DNA from: Adineta vaga
Taxonomy: Eukaryota; Animalia; Rotifera
Reading direction: 5' to 3'
DNA length: 64,000 bases
NCBI GenBank assembly: GCA_021613535.1
Contig: CP075495.1
Span: forward strand, 7,936,001-8,000,000
Shown here piece after piece: positions 25,009 through 42,417 of the stretch (position 1 is the stretch's first letter; each line of letters starts with the position of its first letter). Made by a program: the position numbers and the translations under genes. Below the pieces are notes generated by a model, which was not told the DNA's origin, did not search any database, and worked only from the letters and a program-made list of their open reading frames with translations.

Positions 25009-26093
25009 GCTGTTGTTATGCTAGTCAAATGATTCAATGAACATGATCTATTTCAATGCATGGCAAAAAAAAGGAACAAATAAATAAATAAAGACTATAT
25101 ATATAATATGTCTTTACTAGCTAGGAAGGAATGTCGACTCATTGATGATTGGTTATAGATGTCATTGATGTATGTACTTTATTCATTTTTAATAGAAGGC
25201 TCCTTTTTTTTAGTTTTTGCCGGTAATTAGCAAATAATGAGAAATTGATTTGAATGATGCGTTTGATTCATAAAAATGATTAGTCATATGATCTTGTGGG
25301 ACATCTGTCGTACATAAGGTACGATCTGTCATTCTTCTTCTAACTATAGTTATGACAGATGCTTAGAAGAGAACGCTATTCTACCGAAACTAAAGAGAAA
25401 CAGTTCGTTATATTAGAACTTATTAGTAATGAAGGTCTTTCTATGTTATTTGTAGTAATTCGGCATCAAGTGTCTTTTGACATATATTCAAGTTTCTTTT
25501 TGTGACCATCTTGAAATGAAACCTGTAGTGCTTTAATTGAGTCTCTCGAATCATCAAACATTTAAATAGATTATCATAATTAACATAGAGAAAGTTTCTA
25601 CAGTATTTGCTATTCTTCTATGTGATTAGTTTTGCACCAACTATAGAAGATGTTTAATGGCAATGATATGTCAAAGTATATTGATCCGAATGGCAGCGAT
25701 TGATCGAGAAGATATTGCTTAATCTATCTTTTGTTATTGATCTGAACAAAAAAGTATTAAGTATCCTGAATTTGATAGTTGCTTCTTCGAAAACAATGAT
25801 CCGCTTTCTTTAAAATACCAATCCAATCCTCCTGGGAATATATATTTTTGACTCATTTTAAACAATAGTTCATCGATAATGACAATGCAAAACGTTTTTC
25901 TATGATTGGAAAAAGAACAGTCGTCATTTTTCTTAAATTTGAGGAAACACTTCTCCTTTTTTTCTTTCGAATATACCGGTGATAATTATGTTTTTCTAAT
26001 GTGAGATATTATTAAAGGAGAAAAGAAAATCTATCGTGCAAAGAAAATATATTATTATTTCACAATTTTTTATATGAGAATCAGACATCAACG

Positions 26094-26405
26094 ATGGCAT
26101 ATTATATTTCTCTTGTATTTCTCTTTTCATTCATATCACCATCATTGATTCATTGTCAATCCGGAACATTTCTTCCAGCAACAGGACGATTAGATTCAGT
26201 TACATACAAAAAAATGGATTGGATGATTACTGAACTTGGTTGTGTATCAACTTGTCTTCAACAAAGATGGCCATTATGTTATGCTATATCTTATGAAAGT
26301 TTCCGTCAAGAGTGTCGATTAATCACACAAGTCGTTCCATCAACACTTTATCTAAATCAATCGTTTCATAATTGGAGAACATATGTTCGAGTAGATGACT
26401 CGTAA
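26094..26405 (+). CDS. Small secreted PAN/apple-domain-like protein
   Basis: Signal peptide followed by C-x3-C-x7-C-x11-C (CVSTCLQQRWPLCYAISYESFRQECRL), the PAN 4-Cys core with the ECRL end. Confidence 0.7.
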   Translation: MAYYISLVFLFSFISPSLIHCQSGTFLPATGRLDSVTYKKMDWMITELGCVSTCLQQRWPLCYAISYESFRQECRLITQVVPSTLYLNQSFHNWRTYVRVDDS

Positions 26406-26884
26406 ATAAATGAAAACATTCCCATATATATATATTTGAAAAATAAATAGATCGTCATCATTGATTATTTCTTATAAAGTACTATGTTTTAATGCTTAAA
26501 ACTAATAAAATTTCGTCTAATGAGATAGATCGTTTGTCAAAAATAAACATATAGGATTCATAGTTTTAAGAAAATATCATTATAGTAATGATCGGCAGTA
26601 ATCCACTCAATATTCACTCCGTCGTAGATTCATTATCAAAATTCACAACAAGATCTGAACATGCTCTATTTATTGAGAAATATCGCAAATAAATCGCTTA
26701 ATTTAACTACAACATACATACAACGTGATAAAAGATAAAAAGAACATCGAATAAGTACGCATGATACTTGTGATGTACTTTTTGTTGTTTTTTTTAAAGT
26801 TAAGATTAAATATCTCATCACAACTATTAAAGGTAACAATGTTCGTAGACAATTCATTTTATCTGTAGTTTATTTTACAGTGAG

Positions 26885-28871
26885 ATGTTGCGAGCATCTT
26901 TTTTCTTATTGATAGTAGTATGTGGTTTTATTCATGCACTATTGTATCCAACAGAAAGTGAAACAAGACAAGTAAAACTACTGGATGGTCTCTGGCATTT
27001 TCGACTCGATGAACAAGGTGTTGGAGAAAGTGAACGTTGGTTTGCTTTACCACAATTACCTGCCAACGATTTTCATGCCTGTACCAGCTTCTTACAATGA
27101 TATCACACAAAATATCACCATTCATCGACATATTGGATGGGTATGGTATGCACGAGATGTTTTTGTTCCGAAATCAGCAACGCTTCGTTGGGTACTACGA
27201 TTTCAAGCTGCTCATTATGAAAGTCGTGTTTGGGTTAATGGACAATCGGCTGTAAATCATTCTGGTGGACATTTACCATTTGAAGGTGATATAACACCAT
27301 TTATCGAAGGTAATAGTGAAAGTTCATCCAAAGTACGCATAATTGTAGCAATAAACAATACTCTTACACCAACAACATTACCACCAGGTGAATTACATAT
27401 TTATAGTCCTACTTATCGTGAATTAGAGACAGGATTTGATTTCTTTAATTATGCTGGTATTGATCGTTCTGTTATGCTGTATTCGACATCAACTACTTAT
27501 ATTCAAGATATTACTATTGATACTCAAAGTATTGATTATGATGCACAACATACAGCAACATCAGCTATTCTAACTTATTCTGTTACAATTGCTGGTGTTA
27601 ATTCAATCAATGCACTTCGTGTTCTAATCGAATTGTTAGATGCCAATGGAATGGTAGTTGCTAACAATACTGCTTCTCAGTCACGTCTTGTAGTTAACAA
27701 ACCAAATTTATGGCAACCATGTGGGATGAACCATACTCATCCATGTACAGAACATAGTTATCTGTATACTCTCCAAGTTACACTGTACAATGATGCATCA
27801 CAAACTGATATAATCGATATCTATCGAATTTCACATGTTGGTATTCGAACAATTCGACTAACAAATTCACAATTCTTAGTTAATGAACAACCATTTTATT
27901 TTCATGGTGCTAATGCACATGAAGATAGTGATATTCGAGGTAAAGGTTTTGATCATGTTATTCTTGCAAAACATTTTAATCTGTATGGTTGGTTACATGG
28001 AAATTCATTTCGAACATCTCATTATCCATATGCTGATGAATTCTATCATATGGCTGATCGTTTTGGTATTGCTATCATTGGTGAAACACCAGCTGTTGGA
28101 ATACGAAAAGCACAATATTTTTCATCAGCAACGCTCGAACATCATAAACGTGTGACAACTGAAATGATTAATCGTGATCGAAATCATCCTTCAGTACTCA
28201 TGTGGTCACTTGCGAATGAACCTGCATCTGACTTACCCGAAGCAAAAGATTATTTTAGTTCATTAGCTAATTTTACAAGACCAATAGCAGCTGGCCGTCC
28301 TATAACCTATGTTATCTCTGCTGGTTATCATAGTGATCAAGGTATACAATTCTTCGACATGATATGTGTGAATCGATACTTTGGATGGTACAGTCAATCA
28401 GGTCGTTTAGATCAAATTCCTGCTTTAGTATCTCAAGAACTATCAAATTGGCGACAAAGATTTCCGAACAAACCAATCCTGATGAGTGAATATGGAGCTG
28501 ATACAGTACCTGGTCTACACAATGATCCACCATTTATGTTTACTGAAGATTATCAAAGAGATTTTTATATTGCATATCATGCATCATTTGACAATGTTTC
28601 ATCTCTGATTCATCCTACTACTGGTTTTTTTGTTGGTGAATTACCTTGGAATATGTTTGATTTTGCTACTGAACAAAGTACTACTCGTGTTGGTGGTCTT
28701 AATCGTAAGGGTCTTTTTACACGTCAACGTCAACCCAAAGCAGCTGCTTATATAATTAAAAATCGTTATGAACAATTAGAAGCTGTACCTCATCACATTA
28801 AGCAATCAAATGAAATACGATTCGTTTATTTTTGTCTTACTTTGTATTCTAGATTTTGCTTTTACACATAA
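26885..28871 (+). CDS. GUSB: Beta-glucuronidase (GH2), secreted/lysosomal, intronless, with a frameshift at ~27062
   Basis: Signal peptide and LLYPTESETRQVKLLDGLW in one frame. MPVPASYND, DFFNYAGI, FRTSHYPY, WSLANEP (acid/base), SEYGAD (nucleophile) and NRKGLFTRQRQPK (GUS NxKG motif) in another frame. Confidence 0.9.
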
Positions 28872-29564
28872 AAAAATGTCTATTCATTATAATAAAGTAG
28901 ATTAAATCCATTTTTCATCAATGATTAGTTGAGGAAAATAACGTAATACTATTCTTTATGATGAATGGCACATATCATATATTGTTCATAAAAACATAGA
29001 GAAACCTTCTTGTTTTACAATTCGACGTCATTATTCATGAATTTAATAGCATTACAAGAAATTTATTTATCTTCAAACGTCTTCTATTTGTTTGTTAAAC
29101 GGAAAATCGAGGTTTTCTTTAATGCCATATTTGATTTGAAAAATATTTTGTCATGATTCTGCACTATTAGTCTTTTTAAGATAAATCAATACAAAAAAAA
29201 ATGCAAATTATCCAGAAAAAACAACATATTTACACCTGTCTTTCAAGCATTCTTAAGTATTTTTTTATCGCTCTGAAATACATCAGATAATCAAACGACA
29301 CGTTTATTTTCTTTCCAATATATTAAATGAAATATAAGGTCAAAATGACTACTATGATCAATAGATTAAAGCTTTAATTTCAATATCTATTCGGTCTTTA
29401 TGTATATAGTCTCTTGCTTTCTACTATTTAATTATCTTGTCACTACTAAATACAGCTGAATCAACCAATAATAAATCGACAGACACATGCAGGTATTTAC
29501 AACGTATTTATTTTTCTTCTCGTTCGTTCTACACATCTAAGAAAAATAAACTGTTTCTATTTCC

Positions 29565-30405
29565 ATGATGTACCCAGAATTAATCTTAATTATTCTTTTC
29601 ATTGTCTTGCCTAATATTTTATCTACAAATACATTTGAAGATATTTATTCATTAGAAACATGTAATATACCTGAAGAATTTTCCTTAATTACTCAAGATG
29701 AATTCAATAAACGTTATAATAGTAATGAAAAGCTATCTAGACCAGTTGTATTTCGTCAAGTACCTATTAATAAACAATTTCTTCAATTGATACAAATTGA
29801 TTCAATTTTAAATCGTTATGGAAATAAATATATTACTGTCACGACAGCAAATACTCATTCCTATAAAAAACAATCGATTAAACTAAATGATTATATTCAA
29901 TTACAACAGAATCCATCATCAACAATTAACAAATGGGGAAAGTAAGCATAACGAAAATGAAAGAAATTCATACTTGTATTTTTTATTCTATAGTGAAACA
30001 CTTTATTGGTTTGGTGATGATCTATTAAATGAACGAAATTGGTTGAATCAAATTCTTCGTTATTATAAATCTCCATCGTATGTTGTTAATGATTTTATTC
30101 AGCCATCTGTGACATTTGGAATGGGTGGACAAGGTACAGGTGTACCATTTCATTTTCATGGTCCCGGTTTTCAACAAATGATATTAGGACGAAAACGTTG
30201 GTATTTATCGATGAAAAAACCATCGTTTGATCCCAATGAAACAACCATTCACTGGACTATTGAACGACGTTGGAAAGATAAACAACCATTTCTTTATGAA
30301 TGTACATTAAATCCAGGTGATATGATCTTCTTTCCTAATTTATGGTGGCATGCAACATTAAATTTAGATTTTGCAATTTTTCTATCAACTTTTTTAAGTC
30401 TATAG
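29565..30405 (+). CDS. JMJD8: JmjC domain-containing protein 8-like (secretory pathway), 2 exons
   Basis: Signal peptide, TANTHSY, FGMGGQGTGVPFHFHGPGF, GRKRW, ECTLNPGDMIFFPNLWWHATLN. Intron at ~29942-29993. Confidence 0.85.
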
Positions 30406-31516
30406 TTTATATTTGATGTATAGAATAATAACTAGATGATTATGATTCATTTAAATATAAAAATAAAAGCAACTCAACTAAACAATAGTCGTTTTTCTTT
30501 CTCTCGAGTCATGTTTATCGAAAAAGTGTACTAATACGCAAATGATAAAGTGTCTCAACTATCAATACTATTCAAAATTTTTACAGCTGTTACAATTCTA
30601 TCTTGATAAATTATTATCTCACAGACGTCAAAGAATTTCAAAGAAACATAATCTTTTCATGTCTGATAGAATACAAATATTTTCATGCGAAATAAACGAC
30701 TAGATAATTCAGGATAAATGACGAATTTTACTAATACAAACATTCCGATTGTAAATTTTCTGATTCATAAAATACTATCTTGAATAATATTTTTGCCCTC
30801 TTCAACATTCTTCCTATTCACCTCGAATTTTCTGCCTATCATTTACAGTTGGCAACATACATAACTTAAAATACACATAGATTTAAATTTATGTTTCGTT
30901 TTTCTCTTCAAAAGACATATCCATTAACTGCATCTGTTTCTCAAAACATTAGTGTCATCAACAAACATACATTCTCTTTGCTTTATCTCCTATCACATTT
31001 ACGTAACTTTTCTTTTAATCGTCGTCATCAAATAATCAAGGGTCAAATTTTTTTTTCAATATTTTCTCTCGCTTTTTCCTAATGATAGTCACTATGACAA
31101 TATCTAATCTCGTTTTCTATTGGTCGATCGTGCGAACATTAGACATATCATCGAGCCTTTATTGTGTACAATGTATATATACATACATACATGCATTTTG
31201 TTTGTCGCTTTTTTTTTACGTACATTTCTTTTCATTTGATCGTTAGTTCTAATAATAATAACAACAACAACAAAAAAACAGCTGTTTATCTGACTTTTAT
31301 TAGATTACTCTCGAAAGTTGATTTCTTCTTCGTCTTTTTTCACGGCGTAAAAAAAAGAAAAACATTTGCGTTTACACTTTTTTTTCTTTTTTTCGTCCTT
31401 CTAGATTTTTTTATCGTTTACTTCTCTCGCTTTTTTTTCTCTTCCCCTCCGCTCTCTCGCTCTTTCTAACTTTCTCGCAAATAAAAAAGAAATACAGAAG
31501 AAACATATTCAAGCGA

Positions 31517-33679
31517 ATGTTCACCTCGTCCGACTCGAATTTAACCGATTTGGATTTTGAACTCATCGAAGAATTACAACAGAATCAATATTCGAACGAA
31601 TCAATGATGAAAGATATTTTATCCTCATCAACACCAGCATCGACCTATCGACTTGTCAAACCAATGTAAGAAAAAAAAAAGTATGGCGAACATTTTTTTC
31701 TTATTTATTTACTTTTAGTAATACGAATAATAAACGTGTTGGAACAATTCAGTTACGTCGACAATTAGTAAATTTTTCAGCTTGTCTTTCTAACAAATTT
31801 TATCTTTTCCTTGTTTATTTTAAAGACTGATGATGGAACAAGACAACAACGTACACCACCGAACTCCACGGGTACAAGTGTTTCACCTCTATCAAGTTCT
31901 TATTTAAGTCGACTCTCATCGAATGACAATAGTCCAATTCGAGCACCGAATTCTATTCGTATGACATCGCCAGCAACTACGATTAATAATAATAATAATA
32001 ATCATAATGGACTATCTTCATCAACAAAACAAGTCGATACAGTGACTTTATTACTTAAACAGACAATTGCCCCGGCGCAACTTATACAGGTAAACAAAAT
32101 AGAAAAGAAACGACGGGAAAAAGAAAAGGCAGAGAGAAAAACGAATGAATGAATGAATGCATGAATGAAACGCTTTGCTAGGTATCTTCAATATATTTAT
32201 GACACAATGCATAATATTGACCTTAGTTAGTTTGATTGTATCCCATTTTATATATATGTATATTTCAATAGACTGTTCAAACGCGTTTGGAAAATCCAAC
32301 AAAATATCATTTGGAACAGATGTGTCGTAAACAGACTTTAGTTGCTGATGATGAAACTTCAACAAATACAGTAATTGTAAGTTCAAAAAAAAGATAATCT
32401 TCGATTTCTTTTAAATAATCGATTCCTTTATTTTTCTTCGTAGTTACCTCAAACACTTCAACGCGAAGAATCCTCTCCAGATAGTGAAATAACATCTGAG
32501 GTATAATTTCAATGAAATTTGTTTTCATCGAAATTTTTTCTAATTTTATTTTAGATGGATGATCAACTTAATGATGATACAACCTGTGGAAGTATTGATA
32601 GTACATCACGAGGAATTAATATTACACCACGGGTAAAATTTTCTTTTTTTTTTCAAACAAAAGAAGGTGAAAACGAAAAACATTTTGTTTTTCTTTTAGT
32701 TATCGACAACTTTAACTGGTGATCATGTCGGCTCAATTTATTTATCATCATCAATATCGAAAGATTCGAATGATAGCATCAGTCATCATTCATCATCATG
32801 TCCAACAAATATTCTTAGTGCTAAAGCAAAAATTGGCTTGCCATTAACAGACGATGAAATGCGTCTTGTTATACGTGATCGTCAAAAAAAAGATAATCAT
32901 AATATGAGTAAGTGAAGAAGAAAAACAACGAATAATTTGTGAAATTTAATTTTAGTCGAACGTCGTCGTCGATTTAATATCAATGATCGTATTAAAGAAC
33001 TCGGAACTTTATTACCCAAAGGAACTGATTTGTAAGTTCGAAAGAAAAGAAAGTTAAATCAGGTCAGGATAACCCTTTCATTATCTTTAAGGGATCTAAA
33101 ACAAAATAAAGGTACTATTCTACGAGCATCCGTTGATTATATCAAAATTTTACGTCGTCAATATGAAAATACATCGTTAGTTGAACAGAAATGTCAATTA
33201 CTTACAGAACATAATTTAGCATTACAAGATCGAGTTCGAGTAAGACTTTTTTTCGATAAAAAAATATTGATAGTATTAGAAAAATTCATTTGTTTTTTTA
33301 GGAATTAGAAAAAAAATGTTTATCAAATAATATTTCAGTTAATAATTCATCACGAAAGAGTTCATCAGCTATAACTGTAACAACATCGAATGTTATCAAA
33401 GAAGAACCTGTTTCTCTATCATCATCATTAAATAATTCAACAATAAATCCGTTAGTACCACCTTCCACACCAATATTTCAAACATTTGATAATTATCCAC
33501 CATTGGATTCCTTATCAGCTTTTGGTCTTGATGATGATAGTAATGATCAAACAAATGTTAGCGGACATACAAATACAAACAATATGAATTCCTTGTCACC
33601 ATTAGGTCACGATCCATTTCTGTCTTCGACATCATATAGTTTTGATAATGAAATGGATATCGGAGGAGTTTTTCCGTGA
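31517..33679 (+). CDS. MITF: MiT/TFE family bHLH-Zip transcription factor (MITF/TFEB-like), ~10 exons
   Basis: [33 protein letters not shown]...[15 protein letters not shown] is the MiT/TFE bHLH. Also QLRRQL, SSSCP and C-terminal DPFLSS motifs. Confidence 0.92.
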
Positions 33680-34567
33680 AATCTTCACGTTTATGCTCAA
33701 TAATTTCTATCTACTTATATGTATTTTTTGTGTGTACAGATGTGCAATGGAGTTTGTTACTTTTTTCGTATGTATATATGATAATACTGATGATGATGAT
33801 AATAACATTTCTTGCTTATTCTCTTTGTTTTCTTTTTCTTTTACCCACTGCTGCAAAACAGTGTTTGTGAATATGGTGCTGCTGCTGCTGCTGTAAAAAA
33901 CAGATGATGACAAGTTAATGAAAATAAGGGGCCTTGTTCGTTTTCTTTTTTTTTCTCCTATGATATTTCTATTGACAAAAAATAATTGCTAATACACATC
34001 TATCTTTTTCATCCGTGTGATATAAACATTTATCATTTGTCGTTTGTACATATCTCATTCTTCCTTTTATACAGCCGAAATAAATGTATTTGTTTATTGT
34101 ATTATTCTCGAGTACTTGTATAGTGTACATTTTCTTTTCTTCTTTTGTATAGAAGGAACAGTGGTGTTATTCGCTCATTGTGTCATTAACTATTTATCGA
34201 TATTACTTTTTCTTATCGCTCGTCGTCGTCTTCTTCTTCTTCTTCTTCTTCCTATTTATCATCATCATCATCATACTTATTTTATTGTGAAAAAATATAA
34301 AACATACTGTGCATGATATTAGATATTTCAATAAAGATTTAATTAAGCATAACATTTGTTTTATGATTAGAGAATTAAGTAATTTTTGAGTCATCTTTTA
34401 CTATTATTAAATACGATATAAATATCGGATTAGAAAACAATTAAAATAGCATTAGTGATTTATTGATCAATGAGGCATAGGAGAAAGAAAAACTTTGTCT
34501 TTTTGTTTAATAAGACGAACAGACGGTAATCTTTTGAATGTCTTTGATCAGTATTTCTTTTGTTATT

Positions 34568-34848
34568 CTATTCTTTAGTCTCATGAGAATGATGAATAGT
34601 TGAATCTAATTTAACTAGTTCATGAGATAGAATGCCATTGTTTCGTTCATTAATCCTAAGATAAATAGAGAAGAAAAGAAAACATTAGACAAGGTTAAAA
34701 TTAAAATATACAATTGTTGACAAGTAATCGAACAAAATTCGTAGATATTCTCTGGTTGTGATCGAAGAATTTCACGTGTTAAATATGTTAGTAATTCTTC
34801 AAAACCAAATGGTATACGACGATGTGTAGTTGACAATGATGGCGGCAT
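34568..34848 (-). CDS. Small RIIa dimerisation/docking-domain protein (SPA17-like), 2 exons
   Basis: STTHRRIPFGFEELLTYLTREILRSQPENIYEF resembles the SPA17 N-terminus. An intron at ~34656-34711 gives an in-frame short second exon ending HETKE*. Confidence 0.72.
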
Positions 34849-35442
34849 ATTTAATTACATAACAACCAAATCGTTCAATTACTTGTTTAACATTGTTGAC
34901 AAAATCTTTCGATTGACATTGTCAAAATCAACAATGTGCAGTCGTTACAAATGAAATTCTTACTTGTCTATCTATCTAGTTGAAATGTGGCTTGATTTGA
35001 ACCGTTCGATCATAGAACCTTGATTCATACATTTCATAAGCTTGGATTATGTTAGACAAACTGAAAAATGTTTGCTGTAATAAAGCTATTCGAAAACATA
35101 ACGAAAATGTTTTGCAAATAGAAAAATAATATATCCTTTGAATAGATCTCTTTTTTTTGTGTAATTGCAAGAATCATGTTTCAATACCTGAAAAATATTC
35201 TTCATTGACAAAATTTAGTTGAATTAATTTCAAAAATGACCGAAAAAAAACATCTATTTCACACAGCACATACAACAATAAATAAACTCACAAACGAGAA
35301 AAAAAAGGTAACAAAGAGCACAACACAGAATAATTTCATTTCTATACATTATATTCAAAAGAGAAAACAAGAGCACATATTTCAAGTTTACTATCAGAAA
35401 ACAAGCTATTAAAGCAACGAATCATCTTTCTTTCATGACATT

Positions 35443-36956
35443 TTAAACGAATGTATTCGTTGGTGAACCTTTTACAGCTAACATAGACGAATTGGTCATT
35501 TCATAAAATGGTTGTGGTGCTGTTGACGTAGCTGTCGTTTGTCGAATCATAGGTTTAGGTTCAACATAATGTCCTAATTGAGCAAGATCGACAAAATGCC
35601 GATTTGCATTTGTTAAAGGCATTTGTTTTAAATGATGTGAACGATAGGATATTGATGAATCACTACATGTTGAGGAATCTTCTGTTGAAACGGTACCAGT
35701 TGACGATAATAATGAAAGAATATCACGATTAGCTGTTGGATGTCCAGTTGGATAACGATGAATATCTAATGTCACTGAATGTTTTAAATGTCTAAAAATG
35801 AAATGAGTTTTAGAGAGAAAAAATAGAAGATTTAATTTCATTATCGTACTTAATTAAATTCGATACAGTTCTTTGTTGTGCACGTGAAACATTTTGTCCG
35901 TTTACTTTCACAATATAATCGCCCGGTTTCAAACCACATTGAGCTGCTGGACTATTTTCTGTTACTTTACCAACAAATGTTGGACTATCACCCACAACTG
36001 TAAAACCAAATGAATCATTAATACCACGTGATATAATGAACTAAAGAAAAAATCTATATGTATAACAAACAAATCTTTATGTGTATATATATATAATATA
36101 CTTGATGTTCTTCTAGATCTGCAATATCACGATTTATAGCAGTAACATGTTTTTCACCATGATCAGGTACTTGTTTATGACGTAATTCTCCAACATCTTC
36201 TTGTAAAATATAGAACCAACCACGAATCTAAGAAAACGAAAAAAATCAAATGTTCATTTTCCATTTCAATTCATTTAATTTTCATTACTCGTTGTTTTTT
36301 CAATGTATTTTTTATTCCAAATGATACGCAACCTTGTAAGTGCATATCATTTTTTTCCTGTTGATAATTATAGATTGAAAAACATAAACGTTTATGTAAA
36401 TCGTCTGTATTGATTTCAAACGTAAATTTTTCATTAAATATAGCTGAACCATTTATATTTGGAACGGCACGAGTATTACATTCTAATGGTTTACGATCTG
36501 GGATTAAAGTCATTTTAATCAAAATATTTGATGAACGTTGATTGATGCCTTTAATTCTTATAACTACAAAATAGAAATAGTTATCGAAGAATTTCAAATG
36601 AATTCTATTACTTTTAACCGTTAAATGATTATCAGATGTAATAAGACTTAGTTGAATAATTCCTAAAATATATGAGATGTGAAGAGATTTCTTTGTTTTT
36701 TTTTGTTTCTATTACCTCGATTTAATTGTAAGGGTGATTGTTCATTCATATTTGTTAATTTTCTGGTTATAGCTACTCGATGTTTTTGAAGTGGATTATA
36801 TGATGTATAACTTGGTGAACTTGAACTTGTTGTCGAATCCAAATTAGGATTGTTTTTTTCTTGTGTATGAAGTGTTTTATTAAGAAAGCGTACGAAATTT
36901 GGTGAATCTAATAAACTGCGTCGACGATTAAAATCACTTAATGGTGAACGATTCAT
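35443..36956 (-). CDS. C2 + PDZ domain protein resembling the N-terminal part of long RGS3 isoforms, no RGS domain
   Basis: C2 (FNEKFTF, KRLCFSIY, GCVSFGI, IRGWFYIL) followed by PDZ (SFGFTVVGDSPTFVGKVTENSPAAQCGLKPGDYIVKVNGQNV). Ends TNTFV*. Confidence 0.8.
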
Positions 36957-38223
36957 TGATAAATGAAATTCTAAATTGATCAAAAATAAATATTCATATG
37001 GAACATTCAATCTGTATTTATAGGAGATATGTTTTCTACTGTTACTAATGAATAGCTGTTCATCATTACACTCACCATGTCAATTCGTCTGTCGTATTGG
37101 AAAAATGACTGTGTGTGTATATACACACGTTCGACCGTTTCTATTCAAATAATGATGATATATGTTGCTACTTTTTCTCTCTCTCTCCGTCTCTTTTTCG
37201 TTTTCACATCGTAGGAAAGGAAAAAAAACGACGCTGAACTTCATGATCGGTCAACGAGAAAAAAATATAGACGCTAACGATTGACGCCCAACGAATAAGA
37301 AGAAAAAAAAACGAATCTAAAGAATGTAACAGCTGGATCAATTATGCAAATGAATAAAATGGATTGTGTTTTTATTTTGGTGTTTTCTTTATAAATGTTT
37401 ATGAGAATTATAACGGATAAGTGTTAATGATGATCAGTTTCTCACAAGAATTTTCCGAAATCAAATGACAATTAACGAGTTGTTCTCAATGAGACAGATT
37501 GACATACAGTGATTGAGAATGTAATTTGAAATTTAAGAGCTAAATGACAATTAGTAATGGCGATTGATGATCAAAGAAGTCGAAAAAATTTATTCGCTTT
37601 ATTATTCAGTGTATGTTTCTTACATTATACTTTTTTTGGGTGTAATCGATGTGTGAATCACAAGCACATTGTTTTCCTTATAATTAAATCATCCGAAATC
37701 TGTGAATTACTGGCGATAGATACGAATAGGCATAGAATCATTCCATAGGATTGATCCATAGATGTAATTCATCACTTCTGCTGTCAATGTTAGATATGTA
37801 TTCTCACGTAATACAACTCATTTGTTATCAGACAGATGATATACGTGTGATTTTTTGAAAAAGAAAAGCGAAATCAAACGTACCAATCAAAAATTATCGG
37901 TGAATATGATAATGTTTGTCAATATAATGTTAATAACTAAATTATTTATTGTTTATTTAACAAAAAATGCGAGTACAAGATCTGAATAGAAACCGGATTC
38001 GATGAAGAATGTACGGCAATGAGAAAAGAAAATGAAAACAAAAATAGTCAACATTGTACGTAGTCGAATAAATTAGATAATAAATAAAGAGAAAAAACTC
38101 TTAGTAACTGAATAAAAGATAAGATCTCGAATTAGAAATAAAAAATAAGAATGAATACACAGGAGAAAAGAAAACGAAGGAGAGAGAGAGTGCGTGTTTA
38201 TTTTTATTTGATTCGATTTTTGA

Positions 38224-42232
<4,009 letters not shown>

Positions 42233-42392
42233 GTTTATTGTAGTATAATGAAAATATATGCACTATAACAATCTAGAATCGATGTAAAAGAATAACTAAA
42301 AAATCCAGGAAAGATAGATTATATAGAGAAGAGAATGATGTATTAATTGACAGGACGGAGAAAGAAAAAAACGAAAAGGTAGTAACTATAAG

Positions 42393-42417
42393 AGAATTTT
42401 CTCGACCATTCGAGAAG
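42393..42417. promoter_or_regulatory. Heat shock element (five alternating nGAAn units)
   Basis: aGAAttTTCtcGACcaTTCgaGAAg, ~160 bp upstream of the HSP110 ATG. Confidence 0.85.

Noticed and set aside
33642-34394. Several overlapping hydrophobic or low-complexity ORFs after MITF
   Set aside because: They are translations of the T-rich, microsatellite-containing 3' UTR.
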